DNA from: Vermamoeba vermiformis
Taxonomy: Eukaryota
NCBI GenBank assembly: GCA_045837725.1
Contig: JBEWZL010000202.1
Coordinates: 62,001-126,000 of the forward strand
DNA: 64,000 nt
Reading direction: 5' to 3'
The notes below the pieces were generated by a model. That model was not told the origin of the DNA, did not search any database, and saw only the letters and a list, made by a program, of their open reading frames with translations. Shown in pieces: positions 12,352 through 29,356 of this stretch. How positions within the stretch are numbered: the stretch's first letter is position 1; each line of letters starts with the position of its first letter. The position numbers were made by a program, and so were the translations under genes.

Positions 12352-12369
12352 ATCCGGTTATCGGAACCA
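12352..12369 (-). other. Primer-binding site TGGTTCCGATAACCGGAT (18 nt)
   Basis: Begins with TGG 1 nt downstream of the 5' LTR; complementary to a tRNA 3' end ...CCGGT-TATCGGA-A-CCA, an acceptor stem resembling tRNA-Glu. Confidence 0.85.
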
Positions 12370-12370
12370 A

Positions 12371-12522
12371 TGTAACAAAACCAAGAGTTTGGTTAAGGGG
12401 TAAAATACGTGTTTATTGTAGTAAAATAATAAAAGAACGAATAAAACAGCGTTCGAATCGGTTTTGTGCGCTGAGTCACGTGATTTATTGCCTACGTGGC
12501 AATAAACACGAGTTTTGTTACA
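12371..12522 (-). repeat. 5' LTR (152 bp)
   Basis: Identical to 11187-11338; adjacent to the PBS. Confidence 0.95.
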
Positions 12523-13739
12523 ACGTGCATATACAATTGCGCGAAATAAAAATACTGGCTAATAATTAGCTCATTTAAATTATTTGGAATTTTAATATGG
12601 TTGATCTTAATTTGTTTCTAACAGACACCCCAAAAATGAATACAACGAGCAGCACCGTTACATATTCATATCGAATAGATAAATATCCCCATGCAAGTAA
12701 GGCTTTGAAGCTGTCGATATTGATTGCTGATAGATTTGCAGCTGCACCGTATTTCACTTCGGCCAAAATGGCTTTTCCTACAACTGTGACAGCCATAAAA
12801 GATTCCGTAAAGAGATCGAAAGGCACAACGAAGCGAGAGCTTACTCCTGACGATTTTCCTTACGTAGAAACGACAAACGTTCTTATTCTTCACATCAACG
12901 GCAAGCAATTGCCGTTCCCGTTGCCTAACGTAAAAGTATGGAATGGTTCCGATGCTCGCGCTCCGTTTCTAAATCGAAAGCATATCCTCGCACTATTGGG
13001 AGCGGCGTATGAGAACTTTTCTGAACCCGACCAAAAACCTCTCTATGCAGTTCAAACAATGGACCCAGACTGCTTACTTACAGAATGGAGCTACCATGCC
13101 CTAAATGACCCTGAGATAATAGCAGAATTTTTGTCGGCAGGAACAATAACTGACACGGTAGACAAGCGACAGGCCTTTATTAACGCGTTGTATAAGACTG
13201 TGTTCATGCAGCGAATTGTTATTCTTCGTGCTTCAGAGTTGGGCCCCCAAGATAATCAGCTTGAGAGTAAGTTCTGCTGTGAACTTGATCAGTTATTATA
13301 ACTTTTCTTCAGCTATTAAAACAATGATTAAAAACAAAATAATGGCCAGATTTAAGGATAAGCAGATCACACTCAAAGGCAGCAAGTCATTGAAAATCAC
13401 TACCAAGTCTCTGAATCACAAATTTGATGGTGCCTCTGTTGGTGAATGTGTCGACTTGTTTAACGCACTTGTTGACAACTTCTGCAAGCCACCAACAGAC
13501 TACCCTTTTGATGTTCCCAATATTGACAGAAGTTTGCTCATCTTTGGAATTGATGAGTGTCAAGTACGTTGCAACTTACTATGTCATCTCGGCTAACCTT
13601 TTGTTGGTAGGATTACTGTAACAAATCTGAGGGCACCCAGAAGGAAGATCTTATTTATAAGTTGCTAACATCTGCCGCTGATGCAAGACGTGACCTAAAG
13701 AACACCATCTACTTTTGGCTGGTCACGGGTACAATTGTA

Positions 13740-14598
13740 CCAAGAAGATCTTATTGTCCAACAAGCTATCGCCTGGTTACAACTCAGACTTTTCCATGAG
13801 AACCAACGCGTATTATAGAAGCAATGTTGGCTGTCCTGAAGGAGCTAAAAACGGCACGCAAGTCTATCTCGAGTCACGTGTCGTTTCACAGAACTTGTAC
13901 AGCGAAGTGTCAGTTGATATAGACTTGAACGGATATATCCAAGCTTACACTGACGGAAACTTCTCAAACCAAGCCTTGGCTTTCTATCCTGGACAGTAAG
14001 TCACTTGTTCTCCTTTCTATTTTTGTAGGAATGCTAACATTTATTGAACAGATCCGCGTACTTCTTGCTCAACGCGTACTCGTCACGAGTCAGCCTGTCA
14101 AGTGTCACGCAGTCCTCAGTGTACTACTACGGTCCTAATGTTGGTTTTCAATACTTGTTCTACGACAACAACGTGACCAGCGCTGCTCAGTCGAACAACT
14201 TTAACTGGGGCTCGTTAGGTGCGTCACAAGCCTGGTTCAGCATTGACGTCAGTGTCAGCACGCCGCAGTCCAGCGACAACACTTTGTTCAAGCTGTACCA
14301 AGGCCAGAACGCCGTCTACAACTTTGTCGCCTATGTTGACGTGCAATCAAACGGCACCAATGCCCCGACTTCGTTCAAGAAAAGAATGACGGTACAAAGC
14401 AGTGGCGCCAATCAGAACTCGCAGTTCACTGCTCAGGTGCAGATCGCTGGTCCCACACCCTCGTCGCAACAACCTGTCCAACCAGAACAAAGTCCGAACG
14501 GTGGATCTTCTGCACCTAACGGACAGATCTCAGCATCCAATGTAGTCAAGTTCACTTTTATGACCTTTGTAGTATCTTTGGTCGCTTGTTTAATGTAA
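13740..14598 (+). pseudogene. 3' part of a cell-surface/GPI-type protein gene with no evident 5' end
   Basis: Two exons (intron ~13996-14051), beta-rich S/N/Y sequence, P/Q/S linker and hydrophobic C-terminal tail (FTFMTFVVSLVACLM); no signal-peptide exon found; abuts the ATPase gene out of frame. Confidence 0.5.
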
Positions 14599-14834
14599 TT
14601 CTCGCGAGCAAACGCGTTAGATCTCAACTGACCGCAATCACTCATGAGGGACCAGTAATAAAATGAGTCAGTTCACTTTTCAGGGATTAAAAATCATTAT
14701 TTAACTAGCTAAAGACGCTTATGCAGTCAAACTGTTGTGCAAAGACGATCAGCTCTGTTGGCGCGCAAATTTGGCACGAAATTCATTTTCTCAGGCGAAC
14801 ATTGTATTTTCTATTGTTGATATATGAAACAAAC

Positions 14835-16642
14835 ATGAGTCGACAATTAGAAAAACCGCGATCAAAAGCGGCAGTAAAGCAAGTCGAATCTGAAGACGAC
14901 AGCGTCGATGAGCTTGATGCGGAGGAGGAAGAAGAGGAAGTTGTTCAGCCAAAGTCTAAAGCTAAAAATAATACAAAAGGGGCAAATAAACAACGGTCGG
15001 CACAAACTGCAGCTGCATCTAGACAAGATCCCGAAAACGAACGGGCGGAACGACGAAAATTAAGACAAAGCTATCGAAATATTATAGAAACTACTACTGG
15101 TAATTATCATACATATAATCGGCGTTATTGATCATTTTCTGATTTTTCTGAATTAAAATAATTATTAATTCAGTCGCTAATAATTCCTCGTATTTTCAAA
15201 CAGTAAATAAGCACGAATATATTCAACCCGAATCAGATAAATTAATTCAAGCATTACAAACCGCCGATGAATTATTTGCAAACGGTAAGTCCCAACATCG
15301 GAACTTTAATATTTGTCCTAGCCTTAATAATTATGGCTCCTAGTTAAAATGCCGCGAGAAGCAGCGCTCGATTCTGAATTTATGGGTCTAGCGTCTAAAC
15401 TCGGCGCGGAACAAGTCAGCAAACTTCAGACTGGCTTTCGAAGTTACAACATTTACGACTACGTGCTCAAATTAAGGGCCATGCTGGTACGTCCACGTGC
15501 TTCAATATTGCCATATATAGGCATCTAATCTATAAATAGACTGTTGCTGATCTCGGCGCCGAACAAGATGCAGCAGAAGGACAGTTAGATTGGACCAAGT
15601 TAGAAAAATCAATACGGCCCGTGTACAAAACAATTCCGTCCGCGAGTTTCATGTACGGAACATTGAGCTTAGAAATTCCGCAAAAGAAAAAGAAAGCAAG
15701 AACTGTCAGAGAAAAATTGGCGGCTAAAGTCACTCCTGAAGACGTAAGTAAAGATCAGATCTGTGGATCTTACGAGGCTAATCTGACATGATATATAGGT
15801 AGTTGATACTGAAAAAGATCGCGAAAGTGAAACATCGAAGCGAGTAGCGCACATTGGCTCGCTGTTGCAAAAGACAGGAAAAATTAATTTTTGGACATTT
15901 GTGACAGATCCAACCTCGTTTGGACGCACAGTCGAGAATATCTTTCATTTTGCATTTTTGATTAAGGATGGATATGCGAAGCTGTCTACAGACGAGAGTG
16001 GATGTCATGTTGTTGGTACGAACAAAAATAGATCTGACTGCATATTTGACACTCAATTAACTCTATTTATAGAACCGTGTCATCGACCCACACAAGATGA
16101 TTATGCTTCTGAAAGTGCGACTAGAAAGCAAGGCGTATTATCTTTGGATTATCAGACGTGGGAGGTAAGGATCCGGATCCATCGTGACCAACTGATCTCA
16201 ACGACTAACACGTTCGCCACAGAAAGTTGTAGCCAAGTATAAGATTACTAAAGCTATCATCCCGCCACCTCCAGTCAATCCATACAACAGGCCATATGCT
16301 TCAGCATTTAACAACAATAACAACGCGGCGCAAAGTTCACAGAACGGCACGCTGAGCACGCAGAACAAATCAATGGCCAATCAACAAGAATCAGACGAAG
16401 ATGTCGAAGAACTCGAAGCCGATGAGGAAGAAGAAGAGGTCGATGTCGTTGCTAATACTAAGAATAATACGAATGCGAAGACTAATAAGAATAAGAAGTC
16501 CAAGAAGCAAAAAGAATCGACGAGCAGCGCGGATGAGGACGAACGGCCAAAAACTCAAGTCTCGCGCAAAAGAAAGGCTGCTGTGATCGAAGAAGATGAC
16601 GATAGCGAAGAGGAGCAGCCTAAAAGGAAAAAACGGGGTTAA
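14835..16642 (+). CDS. NSE4: Smc5/6 complex kleisin NSE4
   Basis: ERRKLRQSYR, V.MPREAALDS, INFWTFVTDPTSFGRTVENIFHFAFLIKDG, QGVLSLDYQTW. Confidence 0.9.
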
Positions 16643-16906
16643 AATCAGGATCGCGTACCGGATTTTGATCTCGATCTTGTAACTCAATAAATCTGTTTTA
16701 TAGCAAACTAGAATAACGTCACATCTCATCGCCGAAAAATCTTCGGGCCTTGATTTGCCGATCTCCAGCACGTGGGGCCCAGTTCACATCCCAAAAAATA
16801 AACCGAAACGATTTTGCTTGGTTCTTCAAAAGTTTTCTTGTATAAATAGGAGGCCACAGGTCCAGTGTATTATAGTTATAACACGGCCTCAGAACGATCA
16901 CCAACA

Positions 16907-19032
16907 ATGGAGCCCCCTAAATCTACCGATGAGCTCCTGGAGCAAATTAAAAAATTACAGCACGCTTTGGAGGATGAAAAACATAAAAATGCGAAATTAG
17001 TTGCTGAATTAAAGGCTGCTAAGCAAGAACAAATCTCTTCGGTAATTACAAATAATAAAAATACCAAATCTGTAATAATTTATACGCCCCAACGTTAAAT
17101 TTCGCTTCATCTTTAATACTATATGCACTGTATAATAATAGCTTTATACCCAGAATTTCATAATATTTTAAGAATGACGTCTTTTCACAATAATCAGATC
17201 GCATTCGCTAATAATTTCTGTCGTTTACAGCAAGCCGCAGCAGAAGCAGAAGAAGAATATATTACTAATAAATTAATGAAAAACTTAATGGAAATCAAAA
17301 AAGAGAAAGATCAGCTCGCTTTGCAAGTCGAACAAGAGGAAGAATATTTAACCAACACTTTACAGAAGAAACTTATTCAGGTAACATTAATATATTACGC
17401 ACTAGTTACGCAGCAAATCGCTAAAGATCTTTCAGAGAATCAATGTAACCCATTTTTAGCTTTGTTTTAAATTTCCACGGCAGATCTCCATTAAAATTTC
17501 ATCAAATCGCGACCAAAGCTAACGTTTAGTACTTTAATATAGCTCAAGCAAGAAAAGGTCGATCTCGAAAATCAACTGGAACAAGAAGAAGAATATATCG
17601 TTAATAAACTCCGAAAAGAACTCGAGAAAATTCAGCATGAAAAAGAGTACGTAAAAATATATTATAATGGTTTAATATAGTTGGTATATCTATTCATGGC
17701 ACTAAATTAGCGCAAATAACAAAACAATTTAACAGCCCAAAATTATTCCGTCAATTAATTTTAATTGTTTCTGGACAGTGTCTTGGAGAAGAAATTAGAC
17801 GAAGAGAAAGAACTTCATGAAAAATACAAATTAATGCAAAAAGAACTCGAGGAGAGTCGTCAAAAGGTTAACCAATACAAAGAAGAATTCGAAAATAGTA
17901 CGTAAAAACGATGTCGTATTAAATTTATGCAACGAATAATTTTAATTTATTTACTATAATTAGCCGAGAAGAAAAATTTAACATTAAAAGAGAAATTGAA
18001 GCGACTGAAGACCGACAACTTTGTTTTGGAACAAAAAATCGCTAAAGAACACAGCAAGCTGCAAGAAATTACCACCGAAAAGATGTTGCTGGAGAGGTAC
18101 ACTAGACACTTTTTAATATGCAGCTATCGTTTGTAATAGTCGCTTATGCGTTGTTGTATGACAGGGGCGCAGAGATCGACGATGAGCGTCAGTTCACTGA
18201 ATGGTGGCACGGCAACACGCCGCCAAGTGGTTCAGCGTCCTCGCCAAGTATGCTGGCCACGAAGCCCGTCACCATTGTCACACCGCACAGCCCGAGCAAG
18301 TCTCGTTCAAACAGCACAGCGCGCATGCACCGCACACGCAGCATGTCAGCACCAAGATACACGCACACCGCTGCTGCTGTGGCTGGCACTTCACCGCGCA
18401 CGACACATCCGATGGTTCCACCAATCCCGTTGAAGCCACACGAGCACTCATTGCACTCGTCGTTGTCGCCCAAATCTAGTCCTCGCAGCATTTCTGGCAG
18501 CAACAGCGCACACAAGCGTAACAAGAGTCAGTCGGGCATTGGCGCCATGTTGGGCACCTCACCGGGCACAAAACTTCAAGCGAAAGGTACGTTAGTTTAC
18601 ACTACTAGGCAGCTATATTTAGCCCTATGAATATCACCTAACTCGCTGTTCGTAGTGCTGATGAAGGGTTGGATGAAGTATCAGTTGGACAGCGATGCAA
18701 CACGCGAGACATTGTTGTTCATGCTCAATGACAACGGACTGCTCGAGGGTTACGAGACACCAGCCATGGAGCTCGTGCCTCCTGATTTGCAGTTCCCCGT
18801 GTGCACGATCAACATGGACACTGTGGTCGAAGTGCACTGCAACAAGAACGTGTTGACTTTGATCACCCACAACCACGAGACCATCGCACATTACTTCAAG
18901 TGCGAGGCCAATCACGAAGCCGCAGCTTGGCACGATTTGTTGCTGCAAATGTTGCCGACCTCTGCAACAACTTCTTCAGCGAGCGGTACGAGCTCGTTAC
19001 GAAGCAGCGGAAAATCAGATATTTCAAAGTAG
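16907..19032 (+). CDS. CCDC6: CCDC6-like coiled-coil protein with C-terminal PH-like domain
   Basis: Repeated EQEEEYLTNTLQKKL / EQEEEYIVNKL heptads (DUF2046); last exon KGWMK...YFKCEANHEAAAWHDLL is PH-like. Confidence 0.75.
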
Positions 19033-19288
19033 ATCTGATCCAGCCTTTTTTTGTCAAAAATTTGTTTTCATTAGACAAGGATGTAAAGCAGAAAGATAAT
19101 TGCCACCGCGTACTATTTAAAATAAATAATTTATTAAAAGTAATATGCTGCTATTTTTGACAACTTGAACGTGCTTTTTGACAGGATCCACAAAAACAAA
19201 AAAGTTCTTGCTCGAATTTCTTTTATTTCTAAATAAGCAACACTACAATAGCACTAACACAATAGACACTATTTGGTCCAAAGCAATT

Positions 19289-20359
19289 ATGATGGAGTTT
19301 GTGCATATCAACAAAGAATCCTACGATACATTGTAAGTGCGCCAAAATGTATTGGCCGATCTCCTCCGTATTTTACATTTTTTAATATTAATGTAATATT
19401 CCAATCATTTTTGATGTTTATTTTTTATACTGATTCGATTTTAAGTGAAGTGATCTTTTCATGAAAAATTAAGTAATAAAATAATCGCTTAGAATTTCAT
19501 TAATTATTCGAATTAGAGCCGACGAATATCGAACGCGTCTACCAATATTCTCAGAGAATAATAAAAACGTGATCGATCGATATTACGAGCACATCCGCAA
19601 TCATTTCGGTGACAGGTCCGATCTGACCGTTCTAGACGTTGGAGTGGGTTCTGGACTTGATCTCAGGTACATCACAGATCTTGCATAGAATATTACATTG
19701 AAGATCATGCTTAACAAAATGATGATTTCGATCCGGATTCGTTCTTGAACTGATTTTTGGATAGTTACTTTGCGCAAAAGAAAATGATTACCTATGGCAT
19801 AGATGTATCAGAAGAGATGGTTAAGGTCGCTAAACAAGCCTCGCCAAGCTCTACATTCATTGTTGGAAATTTCGTTACGCATCAGTTCGAGCAGAAGTTC
19901 GACGTCATCTTCGCGCAGAGCTTTATTCACCTGTTCCGTAAACATGAAGTGCCTAATATATTCCAGAAGTTCTTTTCTCTATTGCGTAACGGTCAAGGTA
20001 AATCATCAATCATTACGCGATCTGAATCCGGGCTAATTCATTCTATACTAGGCTTTATCCACTTCTCTACCACTGTGCATGATATATCCGAAGAGCTTCT
20101 ATTAGAAAAAGAAGATTACGTGCAAAAAGTGAAGCGATTTAGAGCTCATTGGACTATGCAAGAAATGGCGCAGCTGATCCGCACTTTACTCGCAGATAAA
20201 TCGTATGAAGTCAAACTTATCGATCAATATACTGTCGATGATCCATTAGGTACGCTGGTCAATATTAATATAAAGAACGAAGTACTAATAAAGTTTTTGC
20301 TAGGCAAGCATTGGATCAACAACATTTTGTTCGTTCAACAACGTGCAGTTAATGGCTAA
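19289..20359 (+). CDS. Class I SAM-dependent methyltransferase
   Basis: VLDVGVGSGLD motif I, GIDVSEEMV, FDVIFAQSFIHL; multi-exon. Confidence 0.85.
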
Positions 20360-20437
20360 TAAGGCTTATTTAGATGTAGTTGTAGAATATTAGAGTAACA
20401 GTGTATATAAACTATTATTACAAGTTTATTCGCTAAA

Positions 20438-25658
<5,221 letters not shown>

Positions 25659-25768
25659 CTTCTATTTGGCTTTGTGGTCGTTCATTTAGAAGATCAGATT
25701 CAAACACGAAAAAGGCGCGCAACATTTTTCATTTAATTTTATTAACGAACCGTTTAACCACGAAAAAT

Positions 25769-26657
25769 ATGTATATAGTTGGACTTACAGGAGGGATATC
25801 GTCTGGCAAGTCAACGGTCGCTAAGATGTTCCGAGTAAGTCCTGCTAAGTCCTCTCGTTCCGCCTTATTTAATTTTAATAATTTTAGGAACATTATTCAG
25901 AGGCTGTTGTCATAGACCTCGATCAGATTGGCAGAGATGTACGTAAAATAAATTAATTGAAATATTCTAATTAATTTTTAGCTGGTGCAAGTCGGCAAAC
26001 CTGCTTACAAGAAGATCGTAAAGACTTGGGGCACTGATATTCTGCTAGAAGATGGAAATATCGATCGAAAGAAATTAGGCGCAGTAAGTTCAAGCTTTAT
26101 ATTGAATAAGATTCAATCCGGCTAATTTTAGAAAATTAGAAAATATTTGGATCGAAAGAAGAGCGCATGAAATTGAACGGGATTACATTTCCTTATATAA
26201 TGTGGGAGATTTGCAAAATAGTAGTGTGGAATTGGCTTCGAGGAACGCAATGTCTTATTTTAGACTCGCCGTTATTATTCGAAGCGAAATTGAACCGGAT
26301 CTGCAACCTTGTCGTGGTCGTCTATACTCCTTATGAAACCCAGTTAGAAAGGTAAATACATTATTATATCATATAGATCGTAATCTAATTGATTTTCTCA
26401 TCAGATTAATGAAGCGCAACAGCATTGAAGAACCCGCTGCAAAAGACATGATCAATGCCCAGTTATCGCTTGAGACTAAGAAGAAACTAGCCAATGTAGT
26501 CGTAGATAATTCAAACTCGCTCGAAGATACCCAAAAACAAGTCGCATCACTCATTCAAAGACTTCGCAATTGTAAATCATGGATCTCGCGAAGAAATGTA
26601 TTTTTCGGAGTTTCTTTAGTTGTAGCAGGCCTAGCCTATTTCTTCAAGAATAAATAG
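25769..26657 (+). CDS. DCAKD: Dephospho-CoA kinase domain protein with C-terminal TM anchor
   Basis: MYIVGLTGGISSGKSTV, IDRKKLG, ILDSPLLFE, hydrophobic tail. Confidence 0.9.
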
Positions 26658-26668
26658 TAGCCTTTTAT

Positions 26669-29194
26669 TTACATATTTATATTGCAGATGCCATAGAATT
26701 CTATGCGATTGTTAAGGAAGGTCCAATAACCTGGTACACGGATCTGATCTTGGATCCAGCTTCTTCCAAACACTAAAGATTTAACAGGCGTAGTATAAGG
26801 TCCTAAAGTATGAATGTGGTCGCCACTTCTGAGGTTCCAAATATAAATCTTCTTATCTTGCCCACCTAAAAGAATCAGATCAGCCGAAGCCTTCAATTAC
26901 GATGGTTAATGCGGCTATTAAGCTTTAAAAAATAATACCAAAAATAAAAAGAGAGGGGGACCAATTACGGCCTGTTGTACAATGCACGTCTGATCCGTTC
27001 GCAAGTCAAGTTCAAATTAGCTAGCCAATCTGAACTCAAACTCACGCCGCGACCCTCTAAGAATAAATTGTTCAATCATCGATGCACAGCGCGGTGGCTG
27101 GCAGGCTTAGAGATTAAACTAAGCAGAACAGATACTACACTTCGATCGGAGCCAAGGCTCGGAGAAGGTACTTCTAAGTTGTCTACTTAGGCTTCATATA
27201 GCTACGTTTGAATTGTAAGGGATAATTTACGGGACCAAAATAAATTTTTTGGTCGAGAAAGGTGTTGGAAGTTGCGGATGTACTTCTCTAAGAATTCTCA
27301 ATTTGTCGGTTATTAAAATTAGCTTACCAATAAATACAAACTCTTCGTTCGGATCAACGGAGAATTTGTTTGAGGTCATCTGGTTGGAATACTCCATCCT
27401 AGTAACAACCTTGCTAACTCTTCGATCCCAAACGTTGATCTGACAAAATTTAATCAACAAACGGCTCTATTAGCACTTCGTTGTCATATACTTACTACGC
27501 CATTTATAGAATTGGAGACCAGATAGTTATCATCCCTCAGTAGCTTCAAGCAGGTGATCGATGACTCGTGTTTCATGAGAGGCGCGTGACTTCCAAACGG
27601 CGTTCGTTGCGTGTGCTGACGAATATCGAATGTACGAACCTTGCCATCGCGTGATCCATTTAACAATATATTGCTCTTGAGAATATATTAGCTCCAAGGA
27701 AACAACTTGCATAGGTAGATCTGACGTACGTTTTCAGTGAACGCTTGCGCAAAAACATCGCTTTTTTCAGTGAAACAATTTATCACCTTCGTCGTGACAG
27801 TATCAAGGATCATGGCACCCTTGCTGATGCCCATAGAAATGTATTGTCCATTCGAAGACCATTGATGACACCACATTGAACCTTTGCGCAGCTTCGTTAC
27901 ATGTTCGCACTGAAGACGCGAATTATATAGCTTTAATTCGCCGCTACGACCTCCTCCTAGAATAGTCGAACTAAATGCAGATCCGGTCAATAAAAGTAAT
28001 TAACTTCAATAGTAGAATTACTCTACCTGTACATTGTCTTGTGCTTTGAATGAAATCCCACCGAGCTTATCTGCAATCATGTATGTTAACAATACTATTA
28101 TTATAACAGTCTTAACGTACTGAACTCGATTCTGTCGTGCATAATCCTTTGACATAAATATCTTTGTCTCGCCATTCAAGTTTATCAACCCTGTGAGTCA
28201 CAATGTCAGGTTATAAGTCCATGAAATATCTTGACGTACATGAATTGACCGTCTCTTAAACCAGTTATCAATGTCTCATTGTTCTGTACAATCATGTCAA
28301 AACATTCTGTGTCAGGAAGTGGCCAAGGAAAATTATATCGGCATTCTATCCGCTTGAATAGCGCTGCTAATGATTTGCTAAATATAGAGATATTAGTATA
28401 AGAATATTTTAAATTGATTCCACTTACGATACAAATTCTTTCGGTCGTTGAGATCTACCAGCTTCTCTTCGTATAAGAGTTGATAATGGACTCTTATATT
28501 TTTCGCTTAATATAGATATATTTACACCGCGCTCTATTCTTTCCTTTTCCTCTCGCAGTTGCCTCTCCTCTTTCTGTTTGCGATCCTTTTCCTCAGCCTT
28601 TTTCAACGCCTCTTGGTACTTCTTGTACATTACTGTGCCTGTTGGTGGCACCTTAAAGTACCTATTTATATCGGGGTCGTAGTAATAGCCTGGAAGCGGT
28701 GGCGCTGGCTCTGTTTTTGTGTCATTCGAGGATGGGCTTGACACTTTGGGTTGCTGAGGACTTTGATTCGATTGGTTACTCTTAATATTATTATTTACCA
28801 AATTGAAATGCAGGGTCCTATTATTTCCTGCGTGCTGTGTCGTGTTATCTGAAACAAGATGGATGGTGAGCTTCTTTTTGTACTCTTTTTTCTCAATATT
28901 TCTATTATGATCATCCGACTCTTTTCTTCGATATTGAGGCTGATTATAATTTTTTGGTGAATAGGCTAAATGATTATTGCGATCTGTATAATTTTTGGAC
29001 GATTTTCTATTATTTGAATAGTTCTGGCCTTGCCTATTGTGATTATTACTGTTTTGGCTTTTTTTGTCTGTAGATCTAGAATTATAGTAAGATCTTGACC
29101 GATCACCCTCGTTATCTCCTCGTCGACGCTTTTGTTCTCTATCATCCATTTCGTCTTCGCGCCTTCGTTTTTTAAAATCCTTATTAGAGCTCAT
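26669..29194 (-). CDS. DCAF4: DDB1-CUL4-associated WD40 protein (DCAF4/WDR21-like)
   Basis: LPGYYYDPDINRYFKV N-terminal motif; KSDVFAQAF, NGSRDGKVRTFDIR, VWDRR (WDxR) WD40 repeats. Confidence 0.75.
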
Positions 29195-29356
29195 AATGAA
29201 GTCGTATTGCCAACATATTGGGGTATAAAAATAAATGGATGCGGCTTGACAAAAAAGATTCCCCTTTTCAGCAACAAAATCTATATTTACAACCGGTACA
29301 AAACTTAATCTAGACCGCGAATAACAAAAGCATTAGATAAGAAAAGGTCCTTTCAA

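Larger units (their letters stand above)
11187..12522 (-). mobile_element. Miniature non-autonomous LTR retrotransposon (TRIM-like, 1336 bp) with a single ORF
   Basis: Identical 152-bp direct repeats TG...CA with 11-bp terminal inverted repeats (TGTAACAAAAC); 5-bp TSD ACGTG at 11182-11186 and 12523-12527; PBS and PPT in minus orientation. Confidence 0.95.
11060..13799 (+). pseudogene. Crinkler-type P-loop ATPase-like gene, probably truncated; intron 1 hosts the LTR element
   Basis: Exon 1 11060-11135 (MLRHIITPFRASLTKRALQRKLVGF) splices in frame to 12625 (G|AC = D of DTPKMN); further introns near 13266-13310 and 13564-13610; Walker-B-like LLIFGIDECQ then FWLVTGT; no intact Walker A; frame ends soon afterwards. 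Confidence 0.5.

Noticed and set aside
11187-12522. Possible pair of MITEs or composite DNA transposon, since each repeat has terminal inverted repeats
   Set aside because: The TSD flanks only the whole unit, and the PBS and PPT sit where an LTR element needs them
11149-12569. Two plus-strand ORFs (11149-11352, 12210-12569) sharing VTKPRVWLRGKIRVYC...
   Set aside because: Chance translation of the two identical LTRs, not a duplicated gene
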